Below are positions 9,986 to 21,105 of a stretch of DNA of 64,000 nucleotides, piece after piece. Within the stretch, counting starts at the first letter, position 1, and each line of letters starts with the position of its first letter. The notes below the pieces were generated by a model. It made no database searches. It was not told the DNA's origin and saw only the letters and a list, made by a program, of their open reading frames with translations. Both the position numbers and the translations under genes were made by a program. The stretch is from Bryobacterales bacterium (GTDB lineage: Bacteria; Acidobacteriota; Terriglobia; Bryobacterales; UBA6623), in assembly GCA_963422375.2 (NCBI GenBank), contig OY729427.2:1312001-1376000 (forward strand), read 5' to 3'.

Positions 9986-11159
9986 ACCAACTCCATCACG
10001 CAGGGTGAGCAGGTCGCGCAGATATGGCCGGCGCTGTTCGGGCGCTGCAAGCTGGAGATCGCCTTCGCGCATCGGACCTTCGCATGGGGTTCGGACGCGC
10101 GCGGGAAGGCGCATGTGCATGTCGTCATTCTCGGCCTCGACCGGCGCAAGGCCGCGCGAGCCGAGAAGCGGTTGTTCAGCTATCCCGATATCAACGGCGA
10201 CCCGGAAGAGAGCAGCCATGGCGCGCTGTCGCCGTACCTGTTCGATGCAGGCGGGCTGTCCGACCCGCATCTGGTGGTGCGGGAGGAAAACGCGCCGATC
10301 AACGGCATGGGCCGATTGATTATCGGCTCCAAGCCCATCGACGGAGGCAACTTCATCTTCGACACGGCGGGACGCGATGCGTTTCTGGAAGCCGAACCGG
10401 AGGCCGTGCCGTGGCTCCGACCGTTCATCGGGGCACGGGAATACTTGCAGGGAGGCGAGCGCTGGATTCTGGCGCTGCACGATGCACCGCCTGAAGTTCT
10501 TGCGCGGCTACCGGGAGTGCGGGAGCGAATCGCCGCCGTCCGCGCCTACCGCGATGCCAGCAAGAGCGCGCCGACGCGGAAGCTCGCGGCGACGCCGACG
10601 CTCTACCACGTCAACGTTATCCCGACCACACCATTTCTGGTGATTCCGAAGGTCAGTTCGGAGCGGCGCGAATACGTGCCGGTGGGTTGGCTGGAGCCGC
10701 CGACCGTCCCCAGCGATCTGGTGTTCGTCCTTCAGGACGCTTCGCTGGTCGATTTCGCCCTCCTGACCTCGGCCATGCACATGGCGTGGCTGCGCCACGT
10801 CGGCGGGCGGCTGAAGAGCGACTACCGCTATTCCATCGGCCTCGTCTACAACACCTTCCCGACACCGCCCGAAGGCGCGGACCTGTCGAAGCTGGCACCG
10901 CTCGCCCAAGCCGTGCTCGACGCCCGCCGACCTCTACGCCCCCGACCTCATGCCGCCCACCCTGCGCCGCGCCCACCAAGCCCTCGACCGCGCCGTGGAC
11001 CGCCTCTATCGGCGCGTTGGATTCGCTTCCGAGCGCGAGCGAGTGGAGCATCTGTTCGGTCTGCATGAGAAGATGATGTCTCCGCTGGAAGCGGAGACGA
11101 AAACACGTTCGAGACGCCGGACAAAGATCAAGCGAATGGAGCAAGGGACAACCTCATGA
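9986..11159 (+). pseudogene. 3' fragment of MmeI/YeeA-type (Type IIL) restriction-methyltransferase (target recognition and C-terminal regions)
   Basis: TNSITQGEQV..AFAHRTFAWGSDARGKAHVHVVI, IPKVSSERREYVP, GRLKSDYRYS..VYNTFP, MPPTLRRAHQALDRAVDRLY; 5' truncated at IS end; frameshifting deletion near 10928. Confidence 0.88.
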
Positions 11160-11174
11160 CGGGACATGATGCTT

Positions 11175-12274
11175 CCCGATTACCAACGAACGTCAGCCGA
11201 GGATATGCAATACTGGAGGAGGTCGGAAATCTCTGACAGAAAAGGGGATAGCAGATGAAACGCAATCGCGTGCAATTCCAGAAGGGACTCAGTCCGGGCA
11301 AGTTCCTGCAGCGCTACGGCAGCGAGGGGCCATGCGAGCACGCCGTCTGCAACGCCCGCTGGCCGGACGGCTTCCGCTGCCCGGAGTGCCCGGAGAGTGC
11401 GGCTCCCGACGGCACTGCCGCATCCGCTCCCGCAAGCTCTGGCAGTGCCATGCCTGCCACCGCCGGACCTCCCTCGTCGCCGGCACGATCTGCGCCGCCA
11501 CCCAGCTGCCGCTGACCGTCCGGTGCCTGGCGATCCACCTGCTGACGCAGGGCCAGCACGGCGTTGCGTCGCTGGCACTGGCGCGGCAGCTGGGTGTGAG
11601 CCAGAACACGGCTGGGAAGGCTTGGAAGGTGCAGCACAAGCTCCTGCCAGTGATGAAGGAGCGCGACGAGCGCGTGCCGCTGGGCGGCATCGTGCAGGTG
11701 GACGACGCCTACTGGGGCGGGGAGCGGACCGGCGGCCAGCGCGGGCGCGGCGGGCAAGACGCCGTTCGTCGCCGCCGTGCAGGTCACCGTGCAGGTCACC
11801 GTGCAGGTCACCGCCGCCGGCCAGCCGGCAAGGATGCGCAGGAGCAGCGTGGCGGGCTGCCGCAAGCAGACGCTGGCAGCGTGGGCCGGGCGGCACTTAC
11901 AGCCCGGCACGGAGGTGCCTGCCGACGGCCTGGCCTGCTTCCGGGGCGGGGCCGACGCCGGCTGCGAGCACGTGCCGACCGTCACCGGAGGCGGGCAGCG
12001 GAGCTGCGGGGATTCCCGCTTCGTCTGGGTTCGTCCGGGTCCACACGATGCTGGCGAACGGCAAGCAGTCCCTGGCGGGAACCTGCCATGCGCTCGACGG
12101 CAAGCACGGCAAGCACCTGCCGCGGTACCTCGCCGAGTGCTGCTACCGCTTCAACCGCCTCAACCGCCGCTACGATCTGCAGGCGCTGGTCCCCCGCCTG
12201 CTCCACGCCTCCGGGCGCACCCCGCCCATGCCTTACCGCCTCCTAACCTTGGCTCAGTCTTGTGGGTAATCAGG
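11175..12274 (+). mobile_element. IS1595-family element (IS1595 subgroup), degenerate transposase 11255..12269
   Basis: IRs CCCGATTACCAACGAACGTCAGCCGAGG / rc CCTGATTACCCACAAGACTGAGCCAAGG; RWPDGFRCP, VQVDDAYWGG, KHLPRYLAE..YRFNR across frameshifts. Confidence 0.88.
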
Positions 12275-12489
12275 AATCTGATTCTCAAGCTTCGTGGCCA
12301 GTGTCAGCAATTCAATTCCACAACACAGAGTATCCTTGTCGTTCTTGACCTGCTTCCAACCGTGTCCCTTGCAAAGTTCAATCCAAAGCGATCATGGTAT
12401 GTGTCCTAGCCCGCATTATTCACGAATGCGGCGCAGGCCCATGGATCCAGTGTCTGGGCCCTCGATGGCCGCCCAATCTGCTTCCGAAA

Positions 12490-14055
12490 GGGAATTATAT
12501 ATCTGAGTGCCGACAACGCCATGCCCGACGAGAACTGCTCTGAGCAGGGAGGTCGGCGTCTGACTCGGGTCATTCGAATGCGGCCGCGGTAGGCACAGCA
12601 AGGTGGGATCGTATCTGAATCGAACCTGCCAGCGGAATGGACGAGGCACGGATAAGAGAGGCCCCCTCGCATGCCCCGGTGGAATCCGGTTGGCGGTGGA
12701 GGGCACCCCTTGCAAGCCGCTTGCATGCCCTCCGAGGGCCGAAGACAGCGGATTCCCGGCGCTCGACGGCCTGCATGAACGGTGCGGGCCGGACGCGGGT
12801 CGCGCCGGGGGATTCCAGATCCGGCGCGCCCCTCGCACCGAGCGTGAAGCGCACCGAGCGTGAAGAGTGCGTCGGCAGCGGGCTGCGGCGCTCGGCTCGG
12901 AGGGCGCCGCTCAGGCCGCGACTGCGGCCTTGCCGGTCAGCTGCCGGCAGGTCAGCGTCCGGCCGACCAGGCCCCGCGCCATGCGCCGCATCCGTTCCGC
13001 CGTGTCGCAGTCGCGGTCGTTCCGCCGTGTCGCAGTCGCGGTCGTTCCGCCGTGTCGCAGTCGCGGTCGTTGCGCCGTCCCGCGAACTCCGTGAGGTAGC
13101 GGCCGAGATGACGGACGCTCATCCGGTGATAGGTTCCGTACAGGCCGCGCTTGAACAGGGACCGGAACGATTCGATGCCGTTCGCATGCGCTGCCCCGCG
13201 CACGTACTCGCCGCCGGAGTGCCTGACGGCTTCGTGCGGGAACTCCTCCATGCCGGCGCAGGCCGCCGCCTCGTCGGAGCGGACCTGCGCGCCCGGCGCG
13301 ACCCGGCCGCGCGCGAAGCCCTGCAGGTCGCCCTTGGCGGTGCCCGGCAGCGGCCGCGCGGCCACTGCGTTCGTGGCGCGGTCCCGCGCCCCCGCCACCG
13401 GGGTCTTGCCGACGGGCCCGCGCCCGGCGCGGGCCTTCTTCCTCTCGCGCTTGTTGCGCTCCTTGCCGCCGACGTAGGTCTCGTCCACCTCCACCGGGCC
13501 GGCGAACAGGCCCCGATGCCGCTCCCGGCACGCGCGGATGCGGTGCGCCAGGTGCCAGGCCGACTTCCGGCTGATGCCCGGGTCGCGGTGCAGCTTCATA
13601 CTCGAGACGCCCTTGATGCCGGTAGTCAGCAGGAACAGGGCGACGGCCCGGGTGCGGTAGCCGAGCTTGGTGTCGGCCATCACGCTGCCGGTGCGCACGG
13701 AAAAGCGCCTGCCGCAGCCGCGGCAACGGTACGGCATCGAAGGGTGGGCCGTGCCGGACTGCACGCTGGAGCCGCGCCAGCGGGGGCATGCCGGACCGTC
13801 CGGCCAGCGCATGGAGGCGAACCACTTTTCCGCGGATTCGTCATCGCGGAACATGGCGATCACTTCAATCAGAGTGATGCCTTTACGAAACCACTTCCCG
13901 GGACCTTTCTGCTTCATAGACGACCTCATATATTGGAACTATTCTATCAAAATAATTCACCGACTGTCAACAGATCTCCGGAAGAAATATGAAATTAATT
14001 TATGGACTGATAATTTGCAAAATCGCTTGCCTCGGCACTCAGATATATAATTCCC
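12490..14055 (-). mobile_element. IS1595-family ISNwi1-group element nested in IS1380; transposase 12911..13929 frameshifted near C-terminus
   Basis: Perfect 22-bp IRs GGGAATTATATATCTGAGTGCC, 8-bp TSD TTCCGAAA (12482-12489, 14056-14063); VEVDETYVGG / SDE / NGIESF motifs. Confidence 0.93.
12995..13069. repeat. 25-bp direct repeat x3 inside transposase
   Basis: TTCCGCCGTGTCGCAGTCGCGGTCG three times without spacers. Confidence 0.95.
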
Positions 14056-16322
14056 TTCCGAAACGCCTGCGGGCGGGGAATGCGGGGCTTGCGGGCCGCG
14101 GACACCTCCTCGGCGGCACCCGCCCGGAGGGCAGGCACGGTTTCCCCCGGCGCCTGCCGACACTCTCCGGATGGACCCGGCCCGGCGTCATATCGGCACG
14201 GCCCCCAAGCCCCGCGCCACCACACACCCAGGCGTCCCGGAACGGTGCCGTCCGCGGCACTCGCAGCACGATCCGCTTCGCCGTGGCCGCGACCCGCGCC
14301 CCCGGCTTCGGCAGGCCGAGGCGCAACCCGTCCACCCGGCGCTTCCGCAGCGGCGTGTCCCGCGCCTGCCAGCGCAGTTCCTGCATGATCACGCAGGCCG
14401 CCGCCGCGAGCGGCACGCGGAACTGGCTCGCCGCGAAGCTCGAGCAGCTGGCGCGGTCCATCCGCATCCCGTGCTCGAGCTCCTTGACGCGGTTCTCCAC
14501 GTCCCCGCGCAGGCAGTGGATCCGCTCGCAGAGGCGCTGCGGGCTGCCGCCCGCGTTGGTCACCACGTAGCGCGGGTTCCACTGCGGGGCGCGCCCGGGA
14601 AACTCGCTCGCGTCCGCCTTGACGATCACCCGCCGCGCCCGCGACCGGCGGCCCGCCCGCTAGACGAACTGTCCGTACAGCGGGCCCGGGTTCTTGCCCG
14701 CGTCCTCCGCGCCCGGCCGGCCCCCCTGCGTGCCGGCTCCCAGCCGCGCGTACTTCGCCCGCAACTGCTCCAGCCGGGACGGCGGGTCCCCCGCGGCCGC
14801 CGCTGCCCCGCCGGGGTCCGTGCCCGGCGTGCCGCCGGGCGCGCGCCGGGCCTCGACGGCCGCCCGCAACGGGGCCGCGCGCCGCTCCGGCACCGCGTTC
14901 TTCTGCATGCACGCCACGCACTCCAGGCCCTCGCGCTCGCCATAGGCCGGCAGCTCGTCCCCTTGGAAGCCCGCGTCCAGGCGCAGGCGCAGCGTCGCCC
15001 GCGGGAAGAATTCCCGCAGCAGCGGCAGCAAGCCCTCCGCGGCGGCGGCCGTGCCCGAGCGCAGCAGCGCCGCCACGAGATGCCGCTCGCGCTCGTCGTC
15101 GCAGCGCACCACGCCCACCAGCGGCAAGTAGCAAGGCAAGTAGCAAGGCGTGTCGCAGAAGCCGTTGCACAGCGCCAGCTGCCGGCCCCCGTGCGTCGGG
15201 TCGCAGGTCGGGTCGAAGTCCAGCTCGACGATGCTCGACGATCCTGGTCTCGGGGCGCCGCTCGTGCTGGCGCCGCACGACGCAGCGGGCCAGTACCGCG
15301 GACAGCGCGCTCGGCGCGTCCGCGGTGACGGCGTTCTCGAAGCGCGACAAGGTGGGCCGGGACGGCAGGTCGCGACCCTGCCAGGGTCGCGCCCGAGCGG
15401 CAGCTTGAACACGGGGTCGCCGCCGAGGCGCCCGGCGTCGTTGCAGTCCTCGTAGCCGCAGGCGAGGCCGTAGATGCGCTGGCGGAGCCTGTCCGCGCGG
15501 GAGTGCAGCACCTCGGAGGGCTGGCGCCGGTCGCGCAGGCAGTCGGCGAACGCCGCGGTGAGGCCGGGAGCGCGGTCGGCGGCCTCGACCGGGACAGCGC
15601 CGCCGTCGGAGCTGCTGCGCTCGTGATCGAAGCGGACGGCGACGGGGCGACGGCGCGGATTGCGGAATAGAACGCCTTGGGAGCCTGCGGCTGCGACCAT
15701 GTATTCATTATAACCTACCGGATGAAAACCACTTCAATATATAAAGTTGGATCTCAATCGGACCGGGCCGGGGCTGCCGCCGGGGATCGCAGGGCACTCC
15801 CAGGAGTGAGGATCGCGCTGGACCGGGGGCCCTCACGGCCCGGGCGGAGGGACCGGACTATGGCCCTCCGGGCTACTCATGAATTATCCGGGCTAGGAGC
15901 CGGGACCGTGATCGCTCTTGGCCGGAACATTCACCCGGATGCCACGAGTGCGAGACCCTGCGCTGCCTCTGCGTCGCCGGTCTCTCCGTTGCCGGGACCG
16001 CGACCATGCTCGGCCACGCGCCAGCAGGATCTGCAGTTGGGTCCGTGCGTCGAGGGGATCGGCCCGGCTGCGAGCCTTGCCCTAGCGGCGAATGCGTTCG
16101 GGGCACCTGAGCAACCTGTCTGGGTTCAACGCACCTTAGTCAGGTCACGAGTTGGGTGTTCCAAGCCGATTCGGGTCTCGGGGAGGGTGCTCAGCGCCGA
16201 AACGGATCAGGTCATGACGGTCATGTATGATAAGATCATTAGGAATCGGACACTGGGGCGGGGCCGAACTGGATCGAGATCCGATGTTCCGGTCGAGTCC
16301 TGCAGCGAGAAGGGAGGCAGCA

Positions 16323-16580
16323 ATGAGCGTCATGGTGGCGGAGGTCTACAGGGCCTTGCTGAGCGCGGGCGCGGACGAGGAGCTGGCGCGGGAGGCGGCC
16401 TTGGCAGTGCCTGGCACTGGCGACTTGGCAACGAAAGCCGACTTGAAGGATCTGGAGCTGCGCTTGGGGGCTGACATCAAGAAGCTTGAGCTGCGGTTTG
16501 GGCGGGACATGGCGGTCTTGAAATTCGCCTACGGACCAGTAATCATTGCGCTGCTGGTCAAGCTGGCGTTCTTCCCCTGA
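16323..16580 (+). CDS. Small coiled-coil membrane-anchored protein (DUF1640/CCDC90-like), 85 aa, 2 hendecads
   Basis: GGGAGG RBS; head ..YRALLSAGADEELA.., neck DLATKADL, C-terminal TM GPVIIALLVKLAFFP. Confidence 0.8.
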   Translation: MSVMVAEVYRALLSAGADEELAREAALAVPGTGDLATKADLKDLELRLGADIKKLELRFGRDMAVLKFAYGPVIIALLVKLAFFP

Positions 16581-17007
16581 GTTCGCGGTCTAGCTCTCCA
16601 CGCACTAGCATGCGGCCTCTAGTGCCCTAAGCGGAATGGGCTATGTGAGGGACAGCCGTCGGCACGCGCGCTGTCGGCTGACCGCCCTTCTCACCAATTC
16701 CAAGGGTTCCTAGGCCCAGTCTCCGTGGCCGCTGTTCACTGTCTGGGGGTAGCTGCCGAAACGCAAGTCTTGGTGTAAGTGCTTCCTGGGAGGGTTGCGG
16801 TCCCAACTCATCGGGGCTCCTGTGGAACACTCCCTCCGAGAAATGAGGAGTTGAGTGCTCCAAGCCGAGTCGAGTCAGGCCAAGACCGTCACATGAGATG
16901 AGATCAACGGGAATCGAGGACTGGCTCCGGCCCCCGGGGCGAGCTGGATCGGGAATCGGCGTTCCGCCCGGAGGCTGCCGAGAGCAAGTGCTTGCGTGGA
17001 GACAGCA

Positions 17008-17189
17008 ATGAGCGTCGTGGTGGCGGGGGTCTACAGGGCCTAGCCGAACGCGGTCGCAAACGAGAATTTGGCGTGGGAAGCCTATCCTAGTCTCCCGTTG
17101 AGCTTGGATGAAACGCGGCTGTTCAATTACATTTCTCCCGAGTTGAGGCAAGAAGTCAAACGCGCATCTCACTGTTCAATCTTAGGATG
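17008..17189 (+). pseudogene. Degenerate paralogue of the DUF1640-like gene
   Basis: ATGAGCGTCGTGGTGGCGGGGGTCTACAGGGCC-TAG mirrors start of 16323 gene; similar upstream ~160 nt. Confidence 0.6.
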
Positions 17190-17555
17190 AAAAGGAGAGA
17201 TTGTGACTTCCGGAAAACGGCGATTTATCCCGTCACATATTCCAACCATCTGGTTATGAACTTAGCTCTAGCATGCTCAAATTCTACCCTGCTCCCGGAG
17301 GTTTCAGGCGATGGGAAGCAATTCTAAGGGAGTGCCGAGGTTCAAGAACGCGCCTCGAGATCGCCCAGCATAGGGCGTTACACCATCTTGCGACCTAAAT
17401 CACGACTTCTGGTGGCTGCTGGAGCCAAGTGCATAGCTAGAATGAGGACATCTGATTCTCTAGCTTCGTGTTCAGCGTCAGAACTTCAATTCCACAACAC
17501 CGAGTATCCTTGTCGTTCTTGATCTGCTTCCATCCGTGCCCCTTGCATAGTTCAA

Positions 17556-17894
17556 CCTGATTACCAACGAACGTCAGCCGAGGATATGCTATACTGAAGC
17601 AGGTCGGAAATCTCTGACAGGAAAGGGGATAGCAGATGAAACGCAATCGCGTGCAATTGCAGAAGCGACTCAGCCTGGGCAAGTTCCTGCAGCGCTACGG
17701 CAGCGAGGAGCCATGCGAGCACGCCGTCTTCAACGCTCGCTGGCCGGACGGCTTCCGCTGCCCGGAGTGCGGCTCCCGACGGCACTGCCGCATCCGCTCC
17801 CGCAAGCTCTGGCAGTGCCATGCCGCAATGCCTGCCACCGCCAGACCACCCTCGTCGCCGGCACGATCTTGGTCGCCACCCAGCTGCCGCTGAC
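17556..17894 (+). mobile_element. 5' fragment of IS1595 element (paralogue of 11175 copy)
   Basis: Starts CCTGATTACCAACGAACG; absent from empty site in unit 3 (TAGTTCAAGCC); residual TCAA duplication. Confidence 0.88.
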
Positions 17895-18239
17895 TCAAGC
17901 CAAGGCGATCGTGGTGAGTGTCCTAGGAGCTGGGACTGTGTTCGCTTTCGATCGGAACACTCACCCGGATGCCGCGAGTGCGAGACCCTGCCCTGCCGGC
18001 GAACGCGTTCGGCGCACCTGAGCAACCTGTCTGGGTTCAACGCGCCTTGGTCAGGGCACGAGTTGGATGCTCCAAGCCGCTTCGGGTGGCGGGTAGGGTG
18101 CTCAGGGCCGAAACGGATCAGGCCATGACGGCCATGTGTGATAAGATCATGAGGAGTCGCGGACAGACTCCGGGGCGGGGCCGAACTGGATTGGGATCCG
18201 GTGTTCCGGTCGGGGCTTGCAGCGAGAAGGGAGGCAGCA

Positions 18240-18596
18240 ATGAGCGTCATGGTGGCGGAAGTCTACAGGGCCTTGCTGAACGCGGGCGCGGACGAGGAGC
18301 TGGCGCGGGAGGCGGCCTTGGCAGTGCCTGGCACTGGCGACTTGGCAACAAGAGCCGACCTGAAGGATCTGGATCTGCGCTTGCGCGCCGAGATCAAGGA
18401 TCTGGAGCTGCGCTTGGGTGCCGAGATCAAGGATCTGGAGCTGCGCTTGGGTGCCGAGATCAAGAAGCTTGAGACGCGCTTGGGCGCTGAAATCAAGAAG
18501 CTTGAGCTGCGGATTGGGCGGGACATGTCGGTCTTGAAATTCGCCTACGGACCAGTGATCATTGCACTGCTGGTCAAGCTGGCGTTCTTCCCCTGA
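18240..18596 (+). CDS. DUF1640/CCDC90-like protein, 118 aa, 5 hendecads
   Basis: Paralogue of 16323 with three additional 33-bp repeats (AEIKDLELRLG). Confidence 0.82.
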   Translation: MSVMVAEVYRALLNAGADEELAREAALAVPGTGDLATRADLKDLDLRLRAEIKDLELRLGAEIKDLELRLGAEIKKLETRLGAEIKKLELRIGRDMSVLKFAYGPVIIALLVKLAFFP

Positions 18597-19346
18597 GTCT
18601 GCGGTCTTGCTCTCCACGCACTAGCATGCGGCATACGGCGCCCTAAGTGGAATAGGCTATGCGAGCCACAGCAGTCGGCACGCGTGAGCTGTCGGCTGAC
18701 CGCCCTTCTCACCAATTCCAAGGGTTACTAGGCCCAGTCTTCGTAGCCGCTGTTCGATGGCCGGGCGGAGCTGTCGAAACGCAAGTCTTGGTGCAAATGC
18801 TTCCTGGGAGGGTCGCGGTCCCAACTCATCGGGACTCCTGTGGAACACTCCCTCCGAGAAATGAGGAGTTGAGTGCTCCAAGCCGAGTCGAGTCAGGCCA
18901 AGACCGTCACATGAGATGAGATCAACGGGAATCGAGGACTGGCTCGGGCCCCCGGGGCGAGCTGGATCGGGAATCGGCGTTCCGCCCGGAGGCTGCCGAG
19001 AGCAAGTGCTTGCATGGAGGCAGCAATGAGCGATTACATTTCTCCCGAGTTGAGGCAAGAAGTCAAGCGCGCATCTCACTGTTCAATCTTAGGATGAAAA
19101 AGAGAGATTGTGACTTCCGGAAAACGGCGATTTATCCCGTCACATATTCCAACCATCTGGTTATGAACTTAGCTCTAGCATGCTCAAATCCTGCCCTGCT
19201 CCCGGAGATTTCAGGCGATGGGAAGCAATTCTAAGGGAGTGCCGAGGTTCAAGAACGCGCCTCGAGGTCGCCCAGCATAGGACGTTACACCATTTTGCGA
19301 CCTAAATCACGACTTCTGGTGGCTGCTGGAGCCAAGTGCATAGCTA

Positions 19347-19601
19347 GTGCCTGTGACAAAACTCGTATCCCCTTGACAACAAAGGCGTTAGGCCCAATCT
19401 CTCAAGGCGAAGATTTCACTGGAATGCTACGACTAGTCCGAAATCCTGCCAATTCTGTGTAGAGCGCGGAAATCTTCGCGATTGGCGTCTGAGCAACTTC
19501 CGACCTTGGGCCCTATATGTTGTGCTTGGAGAGCCATCCGACCTCAGGATGTAGTATGAAATGCTGATCGGGCCAGAATTCAGGGGTTTTGTCACAAGCA
19601 C
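19347..19601. mobile_element. MITE / internally deleted IS, 255 bp
   Basis: IRs GTGCCTGTGACAAAAC / rc GTGCTTGTGACAAAAC flanked by TAGCTA both sides; absent at equivalent junction 17431-17445. Confidence 0.85.
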
Positions 19602-20064
19602 TAGCTAGAATGAGAAAATCTGATTCTCTAGCTTCGTGTTCAGCGTCAGCACTTCAATTCCACAACACCGAGTATCCTTGTCGTTCTTGATCTGCTTCCA
19701 TCCGTGCCCCTTGCATAGTTCAAGCCAAGGCGATCGTGGTGAGTGTCCTAGGAGCTGGGACTGTGTTCGCTTTCGATCGGAACACTCACCCGGATGCCGC
19801 GAGTGCGAGACCCTGCCCTGCCGGCGAACGCGTTCGGCGCACCTGAGCAACCTGTCTGGGTTCAACGCGCCTTGGTCAGGGCACGAGTTGGATGCTCCAA
19901 GCCGCTTCGGGTGGCGGGTAGGGTGCTCAGGGCCGAAACGGATCAGGCCATGACGGCCATGTGTGATAAGATCATGAGGAGTCGCGGACAGACTCCGGGG
20001 CGGGGCCGAACTGGATTGGGATCCGGTGTTCCGGTCGGGGCTTGCAGCGAGAAGGGAGGCAGCA

Positions 20065-20355
20065 ATGAGCGTCATGGTGGCGGAAGTCTACAGGGCCTTG
20101 CTGAACGCGGGCGCGGACGAGGAGCTGGCGCGGGAGGCGGCCTTGGCAGTGCCTGGCACTGGCGACTTGGCAACAAGAGCCGACCTGAAGGATCTGGAGC
20201 TGCGCTTGGGTGCCGAGATTAAGAAGCTTGAGACGCGCTTGGGCGCTGAAATCAAGAAGCTTGAGCTGCGGATTGGGCGGGACATGTCGGTCTTGAAATT
20301 CGCCTACGGACCAGTGATCATTGCACTGCTGGTCAAGCTGGCGTTCTTCCCCTGA
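20065..20355 (+). CDS. DUF1640/CCDC90-like protein, 96 aa, 3 hendecads
   Basis: Paralogue of 16323/18240. Confidence 0.82.
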   Translation: MSVMVAEVYRALLNAGADEELAREAALAVPGTGDLATRADLKDLELRLGAEIKKLETRLGAEIKKLELRIGRDMSVLKFAYGPVIIALLVKLAFFP

Positions 20356-20785
20356 GTCTGCGGTCTTGCTCTCTACGCATTAGCATGCGGCATACGGCGC
20401 CCTAAGTGGAATGGGCTATGCGAGCCACAGAAGTCGGCACGCGTGCGCTGTCGGCTGACCGCCCTTCTCACCAATTCCAAGGGTTACTAGGCCCAGTCTT
20501 CGTAGCCGCTGTTCGATGGCCCGGCGGAGCTTCAGAAACGAAAGTCTTGGTGCAAGTGCTTCCTGGGAGGGTCGCGGTCCCAACTCATCGGGGCTCCTGT
20601 GGAACACTCCCTCCGAGAAATGAGGAGTTGAGTGCTTCAAGCCGAGTCGGGTTAGGCCAAGACGGTCACATGAGTTGAGATCAACGGGAATCGGGGACTG
20701 GCTCCGGCGACGGGGCCGAGATGGATTGGGAATCGGCGTTCTGCCCGGAGGGCTGCCGTGAGCAAGTGCTTGAATGGAGGCAGCA

Positions 20786-20968
20786 ATGAACGTCGTGGTG
20801 GCGGCGGTCTACAGGACGTTGCCGGTCGCGGTCTCAGACGAGAATCTGGCGCGGAAAACCTATCCTAGTCCCCCGTTGAGCCTAGATGAAACGCAGCTTT
20901 TCAATGACATTTCGCCTGAGTTGGGGCAAGAGCTCAAGCGTGCATATCACCTTTCAATCTTAGGCTGA
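20786..20968 (+). pseudogene. Diverged paralogue of the DUF1640-like gene (open 60 aa, no TM anchor)
   Basis: GGAGG RBS; MNVVVAAVYRTLPVAVSDENLARK resembles MSVMVAEVYRALLNAGADEELARE. Confidence 0.55.
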
Positions 20969-21105
20969 AAGGGAAAAATCATGACTCCTGACCAACGGCG
21001 ACCTATCTCGCCATTTATTCCAATTATCTGGTTATGCCCTTAGCTCTAGCATGCTCAAATCCTGCCCTGCTGTCGGAGGTTTCGGGCGATGGAAAGCGAT
21101 TCCGA

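Larger units (their letters stand above)
12410..15892 (-). mobile_element. IS1380-family element, degenerate transposase ~14170..15700
   Basis: Imperfect IRs CCCGCATTATTCACGAA / rc CCCGGATAATTCATGAG, CTAG duplication (12406-12409, 15893-15896) vs empty site in unit 3; SSDGG, QRIYGLACGYEDCND, RGDVENRVKE motifs. Confidence 0.85.
12275..17436 (+). repeat. Tandem unit 1 (interrupted by IS1380 with nested IS1595)
   Basis: 12275-12409 and 15893-17436 align with units 2 and 3. Confidence 0.8.
17437..19346 (+). repeat. Tandem unit 2
   Basis: Near-identical to unit 3 and similar to unit 1; boundary ...GCATAG|CTAGAATGAG. Confidence 0.9.
19605..21105 (+). repeat. Tandem unit 3 (right-truncated by IS remnant)
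   Basis: Aligns to unit 2 until ~21105. Confidence 0.88.

Noticed and set aside
12995..13069. CRISPR array
   Set aside because: Repeats are contiguous with no spacers, lie inside a transposase, and no cas genes are present.
9947..14055. Composite transposon bounded by ISNwi1 ends
   Set aside because: Flanks AATAGAAT and TTCCGAAA do not match; the 14055 end pairs with 12490 via a perfect TSD.
18659..18919. 86-90 aa ORF repeated in units 2 and 3
   Set aside because: Unit 1 has ATG TGA at the same place, there is no RBS, and composition is not protein-like.
16323..20968. Diversity-generating retroelement (intact versus degenerate copies as VR/TR)
   Set aside because: No reverse transcriptase in window and differences are not adenine-restricted.
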